The notes below the pieces were generated by a model. That model saw only the letters and a program-made list of their open reading frames with translations. It had not been told where the DNA came from and searched no databases. This document shows, one piece after another, positions 10,279 to 18,839 of a DNA stretch of 64,000 bases. Made by a program: the position numbers and the translations under genes. Within the stretch, counting starts at the first letter, position 1; each line of letters starts with the position of its first letter. This stretch comes from Planctomycetota bacterium (GTDB lineage Bacteria; Planctomycetota; UBA1135; UBA2386): positions 4,000,001 to 4,064,000 of the forward strand of contig JBKAGP010000001.1 in the NCBI GenBank assembly GCA_046290465.1, in the 5' to 3' direction.

Positions 10279-10458
10279 CCCGTTGACGGCCGGGACGGGC
10301 AGCAAGTATCGGTGAAGAAGGGGGTTGAGCGTTGGCATGGTATCGGTGTGTGCCTGTTGGCCTGAGGAAATTAATGTTGCTGCGGCTAGGTCGAAATACT
10401 TGCGCGTTGCGTCGCGTCACTTAAGCATCTAAGGTGTAATTCGTCCCATTCAACCAAG

Positions 10459-10950
10459 GTGAATATGTCCAAGGCAGAATCAATGTTGCAGGGAGTTGTG
10501 GGTGGCACTGTTGGCGCGGTGGGAGCCATTGCGATTGCGTGGCTTACCAACGTGTTGGCAGTTGGCCGAGAGGAGTATCAACTAAAGCGCGATGCTGCTG
10601 GAAGCCTCCTGCATGCTGTGTCGAGCGCCAGGTGGGGCACGATGCACAACAGTGACAACAGCAACGAGCTTGTTGGTCGAGTCGAGGCGCTCTTCTTCAA
10701 GGTGCTGGCAAGAGCTGATTCGCAGGATGAACGCACGTCTGCGTGGAGGCTCCGCATCATGCTGAACGCCTGGGAGAAAGGGCGGCCAAACACTAAGGCT
10801 GAGCTGACCGCAAGGTTCGGTCGCGTTGTCGAAGAGGACGAGCAGTGGGTCGACGCATGGCTGGCGGCAACCAAGGATTCCGCAAACCTCGATCAGGTCA
10901 GATTCTCGGAAACGGCGATGATCGGCTTCGTGGAGTCTTGGGACCTTTGA
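10459..10950 (+). CDS. Hypothetical protein with N-terminal TM segment
   Basis: 163-aa ORF, hydrophobic GVVGGTVGAVGAIAIAWL, preceded by an AT-richer spacer. Confidence 0.6.
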   Translation: MNMSKAESMLQGVVGGTVGAVGAIAIAWLTNVLAVGREEYQLKRDAAGSLLHAVSSARWGTMHNSDNSNELVGRVEALFFKVLARADSQDERTSAWRLRIMLNAWEKGRPNTKAELTARFGRVVEEDEQWVDAWLAATKDSANLDQVRFSETAMIGFVESWDL

Positions 10951-11198
10951 CGACTCGGTCGGCGGTATCCTGCCAGCTCCTCTCGATTCCAAGGCGGCCC
11001 GAAGTGGGCTTTGGCGACCAACAGCCCCCGATGGTCGTGAGCCGGGGGCAGCCCAGGCCGCGCATTTCGCTCACTCCGCTGCGCCTACCGCTCGTCGTGC
11101 AGCGAATCGCGAGTGATGGCTTCGAGGCACCCAGAGGCGGCTGGAACTAGCGGCACACCTGGAGGCCGTACGGCTGCCTGACACGACTCTCTACGCGA

Positions 11199-11354
11199 TC
11201 AAAGAACGCCCCACCAGGTTTGGTCGGCTTCGAGGCAGTAGATGCAACAAAGGGCGCTGTCAGTGATCCCGGCAAGCGGGGCTTGCGTCTCGCTGGCGAG
11301 AGCGTCCCAGGCCGGGGTTCCGATGGTCTCGTTCTGCGTTTCGTTCGTGGTCAT
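11199..11354 (-). pseudogene. Truncated second copy of the 6418-6807 gene
   Basis: Translates MTTNETQNETIGTPAWDALASETQAPLAGITDSALCCIYCLEAD, then diverges and stops. Confidence 0.8.
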
Positions 11355-11740
11355 GTTGTTCCTCGTGGTCGTGAAGCCGGGAGATCCGGCGTGCTGACAT
11401 GACCGCTCTGTTCGCCGACGACATCAAGTTGAGTTGCCGCGGATTCGGCGAGCCTCGCCAGGAATCTCCGACGGATCCCCCATCGGGCTCCGGATCCGCC
11501 CGGGCGGACGCGACTGCCTCCCCTTGGCCTGGCTGGACGAGGGCCGGCCGGTCGACAGCGGCGCCAGCGCGGCCGCGGCGCCTGCTCGTGCCGCCAACGC
11601 TCGCCGAAGGGCCGACGGCCGGAGTGTGCAACGGAGTGTGCAACGACCTCGGTCACAGCCTGACACTGTCTGGCACAGCGTGGCACGATCGCCGGCCGTG
11701 GATGCTGCCACATCGCCCGGCACGTGGCACGGTTAGGCAC
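11222..11740 (+). repeat. Direct repeat copy 2
   Basis: Matches 6675-7181, offset about 4547 bp. Confidence 0.9.
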
Positions 11741-11809
11741 ATCCTGACGCAGCGTGGCACAACCTGGCACAACCCCGCCCTGCGTCTTCGAGTCCTGCAG
11801 GGCCTACCA
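11622..11809 (+). other. att site: left arm (2x GAGTGTGCAAC, TGGCAC repeats) plus tRNA 3'-end core at 11787-11809
   Basis: TTCGAGTCCTGCAGGGCCTACCA reads as T-loop, 3' T-stem, 3' acceptor strand, discriminator A and CCA; identical at 33493 and 45538; 57 bp from the integrase stop. Confidence 0.9.
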
Positions 11810-11866
11810 TCTTCGCAGACCGGCCAGCGAGTGCTAGTCGTGGTCTGGAGCGGTCTCAAGCGCCGC

Positions 11867-13162
11867 TCAGCCACGGTTCTGGCCCTCAGCCTTCTGCTCT
11901 TCGGCCGGACTGGGAATGACTGTGTCGGCCTGTGAAAGACTGGGGGTAGCTGTCGGCTTGGCTGTCAGCGCCCGGTCGAGCAGGTCTGCCAGCAGGTCCT
12001 GACTCACGGTGAGGTCGCGATCATCGAGCTTCGTGTAGAAGTCGATCGTGATCCGCACATCGGTGTGGCGCAGAAGGCGACTCGCAGCCTGGATCGGCAC
12101 TTGCGCACGCGAGAGCGAGGTCGCGTAGGTCGTGCGCAAGGCATGAAGATCGAACTCCCGATCTTCTGGGATCGAGATGCCGGCTCGGGCGGCATCTTCG
12201 CGGACTCGCACAGCCACTCGGTCTGGCATCCGAACAACGTGACTCTGTGGCCTCGGAAGACGACCCGTGCGTTCGTGGACACGCGCGAGATACTGCCGGA
12301 GACGCTCAACCGTGGATGGGATGAGCGGCAGCTCGCCACCCTCACCGTTCTTCGTCGCTTCTGGGGGCAGGATGACGCGCGGGTTCTCGTCCAGGCGCAG
12401 ATGCGACCAGCGAAGCGCAGCGATCTCGGCCCTCCTCAGGCCGTTGGTTGCAGCGAGCGCGTAGATCACCGCCCGTGCCTCACCCTCGAATCGCAGGTCA
12501 TCGAGCTTCGACATCGGTGCGTTCGGATGAGTGGCTAGGTATGCCTCGGCCGGCTTCGTGGCGGTAGCGGCTAGTAGCTTGGGAATGTCCGCGGGGTCGA
12601 GCGCAAAGCGGTTACGCGTTCGATCCGCTCTCCGACAGACCTTGGTCAGGGTCTGCATTGGGTTCTTCTTGAGCCTTCCGGTGTCGAACAGCCACTTTCC
12701 GAACTGTCGAGCAAGCGCCGCGTAGTGGTCGCGAGTGCTCACCGAAGAACCGTCGGCCAGCAACTTGGCAAGAACCTCCTGCACACGGTCAAGGCGGTAG
12801 TCAGACAGCTTCTTCGCGTCCATCCGCGCGAGCAGCTTCGTCAAGCGGAACCGGAGGCCGCTCAGGTAGCGGGCCGCGCAGTTCTTCGCCTGGATCGACT
12901 TGAGGAAGGCGGCGGCGTGTTGCCCAAGCGACTCTCGGTGATGGTCGGTGGCCTCGTCGATGATGCCAGCCTTGCGGCGCTCTACTTCGCGGATCTTCTG
13001 AGCGAGGGCGGCCTCGGCCACACTCTTGTCCTTCGAGATCCTGGCTGTTCGACGAACTCCATTCTCGTCGTGCCACTGGATCGTGTAGCGCGGTTCAAGT
13101 GAGCCGTCCTCACGTCTGCGCTTGTAAACCGAGCCGTTCGCTCGGGATCGTTGTCGTGCCAT
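11867..13162 (-). CDS. int: Tyrosine integrase (phage/genomic-island type)
   Basis: N-terminal arm-binding-like GSVYKR...YTIQW; catalytic motifs GLRRAEI, TKNG, DLHALRTT, LLRHTD, FYT. Confidence 0.95.
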   Translation of the reverse strand: MARQRSRANGSVYKRRREDGSLEPRYTIQWHDENGVRRTARISKDKSVAEAALAQKIREVERRKAGIIDEATDHHRESLGQHAAAFLKSIQAKNCAARYLSGLRFRLTKLLARMDAKKLSDYRLDRVQEVLAKLLADGSSVSTRDHYAALARQFGKWLFDTGRLKKNPMQTLTKVCRRADRTRNRFALDPADIPKLLAATATKPAEAYLATHPNAPMSKLDDLRFEGEARAVIYALAATNGLRRAEIAALRWSHLRLDENPRVILPPEATKNGEGGELPLIPSTVERLRQYLARVHERTGRLPRPQSHVVRMPDRVAVRVREDAARAGISIPEDREFDLHALRTTYATSLSRAQVPIQAASRLLRHTDVRITIDFYTKLDDRDLTVSQDLLADLLDRALTAKPTATPSLSQADTVIPSPAEEQKAEGQNRG

Positions 13163-13166
13163 GTTG

Positions 13167-13400
13167 CTAGTCCTCGGAATCGTCGGGCATGTCGTCGATC
13201 ACCCTGCGAACCTGTGCAAGCCGGAAGAGCTTCCGCCGACCGACCCGAACCGGCTTTGGCAAGCGGCCACGATCAACAAGTCGGCGCAGCTCTCGAACTG
13301 ACAAGCTTAGGAGGTGAGCGAGGTCGGTGTAGCTGACGAGGATCGGGTCGGAGTTTGGTCGTCCCGAGTTCTGGGGTTCCTGCGGGTGTGATGCGCTCAT
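13167..13400 (-). CDS. Excisionase/AlpA-like HTH protein
   Basis: SYTDLAHLLSLSVRELRRLVDRGRLPKPVRVGRRKLF; 4 bp upstream of int. Confidence 0.85.
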   Translation of the reverse strand: MSASHPQEPQNSGRPNSDPILVSYTDLAHLLSLSVRELRRLVDRGRLPKPVRVGRRKLFRLAQVRRVIDDMPDDSED

Positions 13401-13545
13401 TCTGGATGGTCTGCGGTTGGTCGAATGGCCAACCTGCTACGCACTTCGCTGAGAACGCACATCACCCAACACCTCCCAAGAGCTGCGACCGCACCTCCCG
13501 ACGACTCACGGGAGCCGCGATCTTGGCGCTATCTCGGAGTGGGCG

Positions 13546-14244
13546 CTAGGTGCCCATGTCGTCGGACAACGTTCGGTAGGCCAGCCAACCCTTGGCGGTC
13601 AGGTCGAGGTGGTCCAGCGCGGTGCGCGGGATAGGTCCCAGCAAGCCCTCCTTCCTCAGAAGACCGGACATGTTCTGCGAGGTCTTGAGGGCGATTCCAA
13701 GTTCATGGGCGATCGCTCCGTGCGACACCTCGGATCCACTGCTCGGCGCTCTTCGACGCGCCTCGATGATCTTTCCAAGCGCAACGATCCAGCGCCGCTG
13801 AGCCGGCTTCATCACTTGGACAACCGCGCGACCGTCGATGGCCGTCGCACGCATGGTCTCAATCTCCTCCCATGCACGGTTCACGGCCGCGTCAAGTCCT
13901 GACAGCGGTATCTCCTTCCTGATGACCGCCAGGAACTCGGCAGCTGGCAGCGCCTTGTCTTGGGTCTCGACGAACTCCATGGCCTCGGCTAGCACGCGGA
14001 TGCCACTTGGCCGTCCTTCCACCCTCATCCCCGTTCTGGGCGGCTCCAAGTCCTGCCAGCGCGGCTGCTCGTGGCGTAGGTCGGCGAGTCGTTGCAGGAC
14101 CATGCCGATACGACTCGTGTTTCGGGCCTGTGTCCGACCGGAGCCCGCGGCCGCGCCCTTCATGAGGAGGCGGATGGTGGCGTGAACGTGAGTCACCCAC
14201 CGCTTGAGATCGATGAGCAGTTGGCTTGTGTCGGAAGGTTGCAT
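13546..14244 (-). CDS. Hypothetical protein with C-terminal winged HTH
   Basis: VSHGAIAHELGIALKTSQNMSGLLRKEGLL...LTAKG; start at MQPSD chosen by judgement. Confidence 0.6.
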   Translation of the reverse strand: MQPSDTSQLLIDLKRWVTHVHATIRLLMKGAAAGSGRTQARNTSRIGMVLQRLADLRHEQPRWQDLEPPRTGMRVEGRPSGIRVLAEAMEFVETQDKALPAAEFLAVIRKEIPLSGLDAAVNRAWEEIETMRATAIDGRAVVQVMKPAQRRWIVALGKIIEARRRAPSSGSEVSHGAIAHELGIALKTSQNMSGLLRKEGLLGPIPRTALDHLDLTAKGWLAYRTLSDDMGT

Positions 14245-14635
14245 TGCGCCGGTCGTTCCAACATCAACTTTCGGGCGCAGGCTGTTTCGATCCTGAGGTA
14301 GATCGCTGGCACCTCTTCCGATCTTGGACGAAGCACCACCAGTCCGCCGCAAGCGCTCGCGCAGTTGACCTGAATCCTGGTGTGAGGAACCCAGCGTCGT
14401 GGGATCGGTCGAGCCGCGTAGAGGCGAGCAGGTCGGCGTCGTAGGTGTCGTGCGACCTGTTCTGTCGGTCAGAGGCACGCGAGGTTCCATCGTGAAGCAC
14501 CGTGGTCGTGGGGTGTCTTGCTTCTTCGAAGGTGACGATCGCAAGGCAGGCTTGCTAGTCGCGGCAGGCCCTGGACTTGCTTATCGCGATCCCGATCATG
14601 ACTGGGAAGCAACCCGACGCGGGAGCGCGAGACAC

Positions 14636-15829
14636 ATGCTGCGAACGCCACTCGACCAGATTGAGGAGGAGACCATCCGGCACTTCGTCGCGAAGACGAA
14701 ACTGCCTGAGACGGCGAGCCTCGACTACAAGCGGGACTACGACCTTCGCGACTCGAAAGGCAAGAAGGGACTACTCGCCGACATCTGCGCGTTTGCGAAC
14801 AACGGCGGCGGTCACATCCTGGTCGGCGTGGACGAACAGCGCGACGCGACTGGTGCGAAAACTGGCATGCCGGTTGATCAACCGAGCGGTGCTAGGTGGT
14901 TTGACCAGTCTGTTGCAGAGAACCTCATCCACGCCTCGATCGAACCTCGCATCGGGAACTTCGTGCGGATTCAGGCGGTTCAGGGGTCTTGGGCAGACGG
15001 ACCGGTGTATGTGATCAAGGTGGATCGGACGTGGAACCCGCCGCACTCCGTGACGTCGAGCGAACGTCGGACCTTCTACCGGCGATCGGGTGCGAATAGC
15101 GAACCGATGGACATGAACCAGATCCGCGATGCATTCTCGGCTGCTGCGACGTTGGCCGACCGGGCACGCGCGTTCCATCGCGAACGCGTGCAGCTAGTGC
15201 TGAGTGGCAAGACGACGTTCCCTTTGGTGCAGGAGAGGGGTAGGTCGATCGTTCATGTCTTGCCACTGAGCTTCTTCGCGTCTGGCGAACGGTTACCCTT
15301 GGACAATGTCCCGCTGCTTTGCCCTAGCAGCGGCGCCGGGGGCTCCTGGAGTCCTGTTCCCAACTTCGATGGCCGAATTGCGTATGCAGGGCGTCCCGAG
15401 GCCACTTCTTATCTTCAGGTGTTCCGCCATGGTGCGGTGGAGGGTGTCAACACGGACCTCACCTACGAGGAGCGAGATCGTCTCGGCTTTAGAGTGCGGC
15501 AGGTCGAGCTTGACGTGCTCACGACCGTCGAGCAGGCCCAGAAGTTCTTCGATAGCCAACCTGACCTCGGGCCTCCGTGCCTCGTCATGCTCTCGGTTGT
15601 GGGTATCGAAGGCACCTTCATTCCACCGCCAAATCCTGGCTACGACACGAGCCACATCCACACGATCGAGCTGGACCACTTAGGAGTCCTCGACGTTCAG
15701 CTCGACGACCTTGCAGGCGAGGTTGAGCAGGTATTGCGACCGACCTTCGACGTGCTCTGGCAGTCCAGCGGTTGGCCGAAGAGCCTGAGCTTTGACGATT
15801 CCGGGCGATTCACGACTCCGAGGCAGTGA
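14636..15829 (+). CDS. Schlafen/AlbA_2-domain protein
   Basis: ETASLDYKRD...LLADICAFANNGGGHILVGVDE...FYRRSGANSEPMDMNQIRDAF. Confidence 0.9.
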   Translation: MLRTPLDQIEEETIRHFVAKTKLPETASLDYKRDYDLRDSKGKKGLLADICAFANNGGGHILVGVDEQRDATGAKTGMPVDQPSGARWFDQSVAENLIHASIEPRIGNFVRIQAVQGSWADGPVYVIKVDRTWNPPHSVTSSERRTFYRRSGANSEPMDMNQIRDAFSAAATLADRARAFHRERVQLVLSGKTTFPLVQERGRSIVHVLPLSFFASGERLPLDNVPLLCPSSGAGGSWSPVPNFDGRIAYAGRPEATSYLQVFRHGAVEGVNTDLTYEERDRLGFRVRQVELDVLTTVEQAQKFFDSQPDLGPPCLVMLSVVGIEGTFIPPPNPGYDTSHIHTIELDHLGVLDVQLDDLAGEVEQVLRPTFDVLWQSSGWPKSLSFDDSGRFTTPRQ

Positions 15830-15970
15830 TTCTGGTTCACAAGATCGGAACGCGAGTGAGGTGAACCCTACGGAGTTGGCGGATAGGAGGGGCTCGATGG
15901 AGAACGCGACGAAGGACCAGCGCCCGAGGTCTTCATAGTCAGTCGGGTCCCAATCCCACTGGGAGTCCGA

Positions 15971-18091
15971 TCAACGATCTGTCGAGTTGTCCAAGGCTGC
16001 TAGGAACGTCCGAACTGCGAGCAAGTCCGAATCGGACAACGAGGTCGCTAGTGCTTCCACGCGGCCTCGAAGCGACGGAGGATCGAGTCCGATTGTCGTG
16101 AGATGCTGGAGCGAGATCATCGGTGACGGACGTCCGACATGATCACCCAGTGTTGAGCTGATGGAGTAGCTGACGAAGCTGCGTAGGATCTGCACTAGTC
16201 TCTGGTCATTCTCCGCGACCTTGGACACCCACTCGCTGCAAGCGGCGGCATCGAGGTCCGACCACCAGTGAACGATCCAGCCGGCCAGTGGGAGATCGAG
16301 AAGGGAGCCATCCTCGGCGTGTTGGTGAATGCGCTTTCGGAGGATCTCGCGAAGGTCGTCGACATCCGCTCTCTTCAGAAGCCTCTCATTTTCGGGAATC
16401 GGGGGTTTGTCAGGGCGCTCAACGTGTTCGAGCAAGCGATGGTTCATGAACCCGAGCATCACGGAGAGGGATGGAGTCTCTTGGCAAGCCTGTCGCAGGA
16501 AGGCGACCCGCTCCGCTACCTCAAGCTGGGCAACGTTCTTGTGAACGATCTCGTCGATCAACCACTCGAATGGCCAGTCGGATTCCCCGTTCGCTCGCGG
16601 GTCTGCTGATCCCGCAAGCAAGTCTGCTCGATCGATTAGTGCTCGACACAGTGCAAGGTTCGGCTGCGAATCACCGGCATTCGCTTCCCGAACTCTCAGA
16701 TCATCCAGCAGGATGCGAGCCCGCCGTAGCTTCTCAAGCGAGTCGCCGCGGAGGTGGAGGTCGAGCAGAGCTGCGATTTCATCGTCGTTGCCTCGCAGTA
16801 GCTGTTGCAGCTGAGATGCTCGCAACTGTTCGGGGGGCAAAGCCCACTGGAAGTAGGTGTTGAAGTGGGCTTCGCTACATGCTCGTCGCCCTGCACGCCA
16901 TCTGGCGTCGCCCGAGTAGCTGATGTTGCCCCACACGCTGTCGAGGTGGGGGAATGTCCTGCGCAGGATGTCTTTCACCGGCTCGACCTGCTCAGGTCGC
17001 AAGGCGTCGAGATACTCTTGGTGCCAAGACAGGTCGTCCTTGGGATCGTGCCGAAAGCGGAATGCGGCGCCGAAGTAGTCCGGGTTGACCGCCACGACTT
17101 GGTGGACACCGGGAGTGAACACTCGCAGCGATTCAAGGGCGACGAAGTCCACCAAGTCCACTTCTTCGCGGATTGCTGGGTAGGAAACGGAGACCGAGTC
17201 GATGAATCGAGAGATGTCGCGAGGAGAGCGAATCAACGCCTGAATCCCACCGTAGTAGAGGTTGAGCAAGCGGTGGCGCTCTTCATCGGCAACGTCACCG
17301 ACGATCTCCTGAAGTTCGCGGAAGAAGACTGAGTTGATGTTGCCTTGGCTGATCGTCGGCATCGCGAAGGGGATCTGCACGATCTTCTCGATGTAGCCAG
17401 CACCCTGGTCGGTGACGTAGCGAGACATCGCGGATGCGACCAAGTCGGCATCGAAGGCCATCAAGTAGGTGAAGCGCGGGAAGTCAGCAACCGCCTTCAC
17501 GAGCCGAAACACTTGGTAGACCTCTTCGGAGGGGAGTCGATCGAGGTCGTCGATGATGATGACGATGCGTGGCCGGTGGTTCCCTAGGTGCTTGTCGATC
17601 TGACGCCGAAGATCGTGAACGCTCGGTTTGGAAGTAGGCAGTATCTTGTGGAGGGCCGCGAACGCCTTCTCCCAGCCACCCAATGGTGTCTGCGAGAGGA
17701 CTCGGGCCACTTTGGCGATTGCCCTACGAGCCCTGCGGAGATAGCGCGTGTTCGCGGGGAACCGGGCAACCAACTGCGAGAAGAACGATCGAAGCAGAGT
17801 TTCGGGCGAGGACGAGAACCACCAAGGGTTGAACCGGATGACGGTTGTGTTGCTGCAATCTCCTTCAGTCGTCAGGTAGTGCTCGATCAAGTTCAGGACG
17901 CTCGACTTGCCACTGCCCCACTCGCCGAGGATCCCGACTACGAGCCCCGGGGTCGTTACGCGCTGGTCGATCGCGCGCGCCGCATGTTTTGCAAACGGAG
18001 CGAAGCCGAAGAGGTCGTGCTCCGGCTTCTTGATCGGGCGGTCGCCTCGCAGGCGGCGTTGCTTCGTCTCGTCGTCGTCCTTCACCGACAC
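15971..18091 (-). CDS. KAP-family P-loop NTPase
   Basis: DRPI...DLFGF; Walker A GEWGSGKS; FNPW; Walker B IIIDDLDRL; YIEKIVQIPF; SPRDISRF. Confidence 0.95.
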   Translation of the reverse strand: MSVKDDDETKQRRLRGDRPIKKPEHDLFGFAPFAKHAARAIDQRVTTPGLVVGILGEWGSGKSSVLNLIEHYLTTEGDCSNTTVIRFNPWWFSSSPETLLRSFFSQLVARFPANTRYLRRARRAIAKVARVLSQTPLGGWEKAFAALHKILPTSKPSVHDLRRQIDKHLGNHRPRIVIIIDDLDRLPSEEVYQVFRLVKAVADFPRFTYLMAFDADLVASAMSRYVTDQGAGYIEKIVQIPFAMPTISQGNINSVFFRELQEIVGDVADEERHRLLNLYYGGIQALIRSPRDISRFIDSVSVSYPAIREEVDLVDFVALESLRVFTPGVHQVVAVNPDYFGAAFRFRHDPKDDLSWHQEYLDALRPEQVEPVKDILRRTFPHLDSVWGNISYSGDARWRAGRRACSEAHFNTYFQWALPPEQLRASQLQQLLRGNDDEIAALLDLHLRGDSLEKLRRARILLDDLRVREANAGDSQPNLALCRALIDRADLLAGSADPRANGESDWPFEWLIDEIVHKNVAQLEVAERVAFLRQACQETPSLSVMLGFMNHRLLEHVERPDKPPIPENERLLKRADVDDLREILRKRIHQHAEDGSLLDLPLAGWIVHWWSDLDAAACSEWVSKVAENDQRLVQILRSFVSYSISSTLGDHVGRPSPMISLQHLTTIGLDPPSLRGRVEALATSLSDSDLLAVRTFLAALDNSTDR

Positions 18092-18302
18092 TCTCTCCTG
18101 TGTTTGCTCGTCGGGGGGTGATGAGCCTGTCTGAAGTCGAGAGTTGTCCCGGCACAGTCGTCAGGCGCGAGGCAGACTTTTCCGACAGGCTGCCCAGGGT
18201 TCTTTGACAAGCTCGGCCGCTCCCTCGCCTCAATGGTCTTCATCGTTCTGTCCTACACTTGGGTCTTCGTGACCCGTCCTTCGCACCGCCGTAGCGCGAT
18301 GG

Positions 18303-18827
18303 CTATTGGTCCGGAAGGTGGACGACATCGTCGCCGATCAGCGGGTAGTCGTTGTGCAACCGGACCACGTCATCCTCGGAGAGGTTGCGAGGGTGAAGCA
18401 CGCCCCTGACGTCGAAGGACTCGACGAACAAGAGCTTGTCCGTATCCCTGCCCATCAAGGGCATCATGTGGCATCCGATTTGTCTGCGTCCTTGCTCCTC
18501 CCGGTCTGCAACAACGAGCGACGCAACCGTGAGAAAGCCACAGCTCAAGCGGTGTAGCAGGTAGTCGAGCTTGTCCCTGCCCTTGCCTGGGGGGAACTTC
18601 TCGATCCTGAACTTCGCTTGCGGATACTTGGCCGTGACCTCAGACGTCACGCTCCCGAAGTTGTTGTGTCCGACACCTCGGTGTTGGAGATCGAAGTCCT
18701 CCTGGAACGTCTCGAAGTTCACGCCCTGTGCGTTTCCGAACCGAAGCAGAATCTCAAGACACGTTGGGATGCATCCGGTCTGAGGGTTCCTCTGGTGAAC
18801 TTGCGGGATCGTGAGAATCAGCGGCAT
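18303..18827 (-). CDS. Putative C39-like (papain-fold) cysteine peptidase
   Basis: IPQVHQ...GCIPTCLEILL (oxyanion Gln and catalytic Cys), CHMMPLMG (His), LLFVES (acidic residue). Confidence 0.6.
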   Translation of the reverse strand: MPLILTIPQVHQRNPQTGCIPTCLEILLRFGNAQGVNFETFQEDFDLQHRGVGHNNFGSVTSEVTAKYPQAKFRIEKFPPGKGRDKLDYLLHRLSCGFLTVASLVVADREEQGRRQIGCHMMPLMGRDTDKLLFVESFDVRGVLHPRNLSEDDVVRLHNDYPLIGDDVVHLPDQ

Positions 18828-18839
18828 GCCGATGCCCGT

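Noticed and set aside
11622..11786. CRISPR array from the GAGTGTGCAAC/TGGCAC repeats
   Set aside because: Repeats are 6-12 bp without unique 30-40-bp spacers, and no cas genes were seen.
11787..11809. Complete tRNA gene at any core copy
   Set aside because: Only the 3' 23 nt are present. The preceding bases (CTGCGTC) cannot form the 5' T-stem, and no D or anticodon arms are visible.
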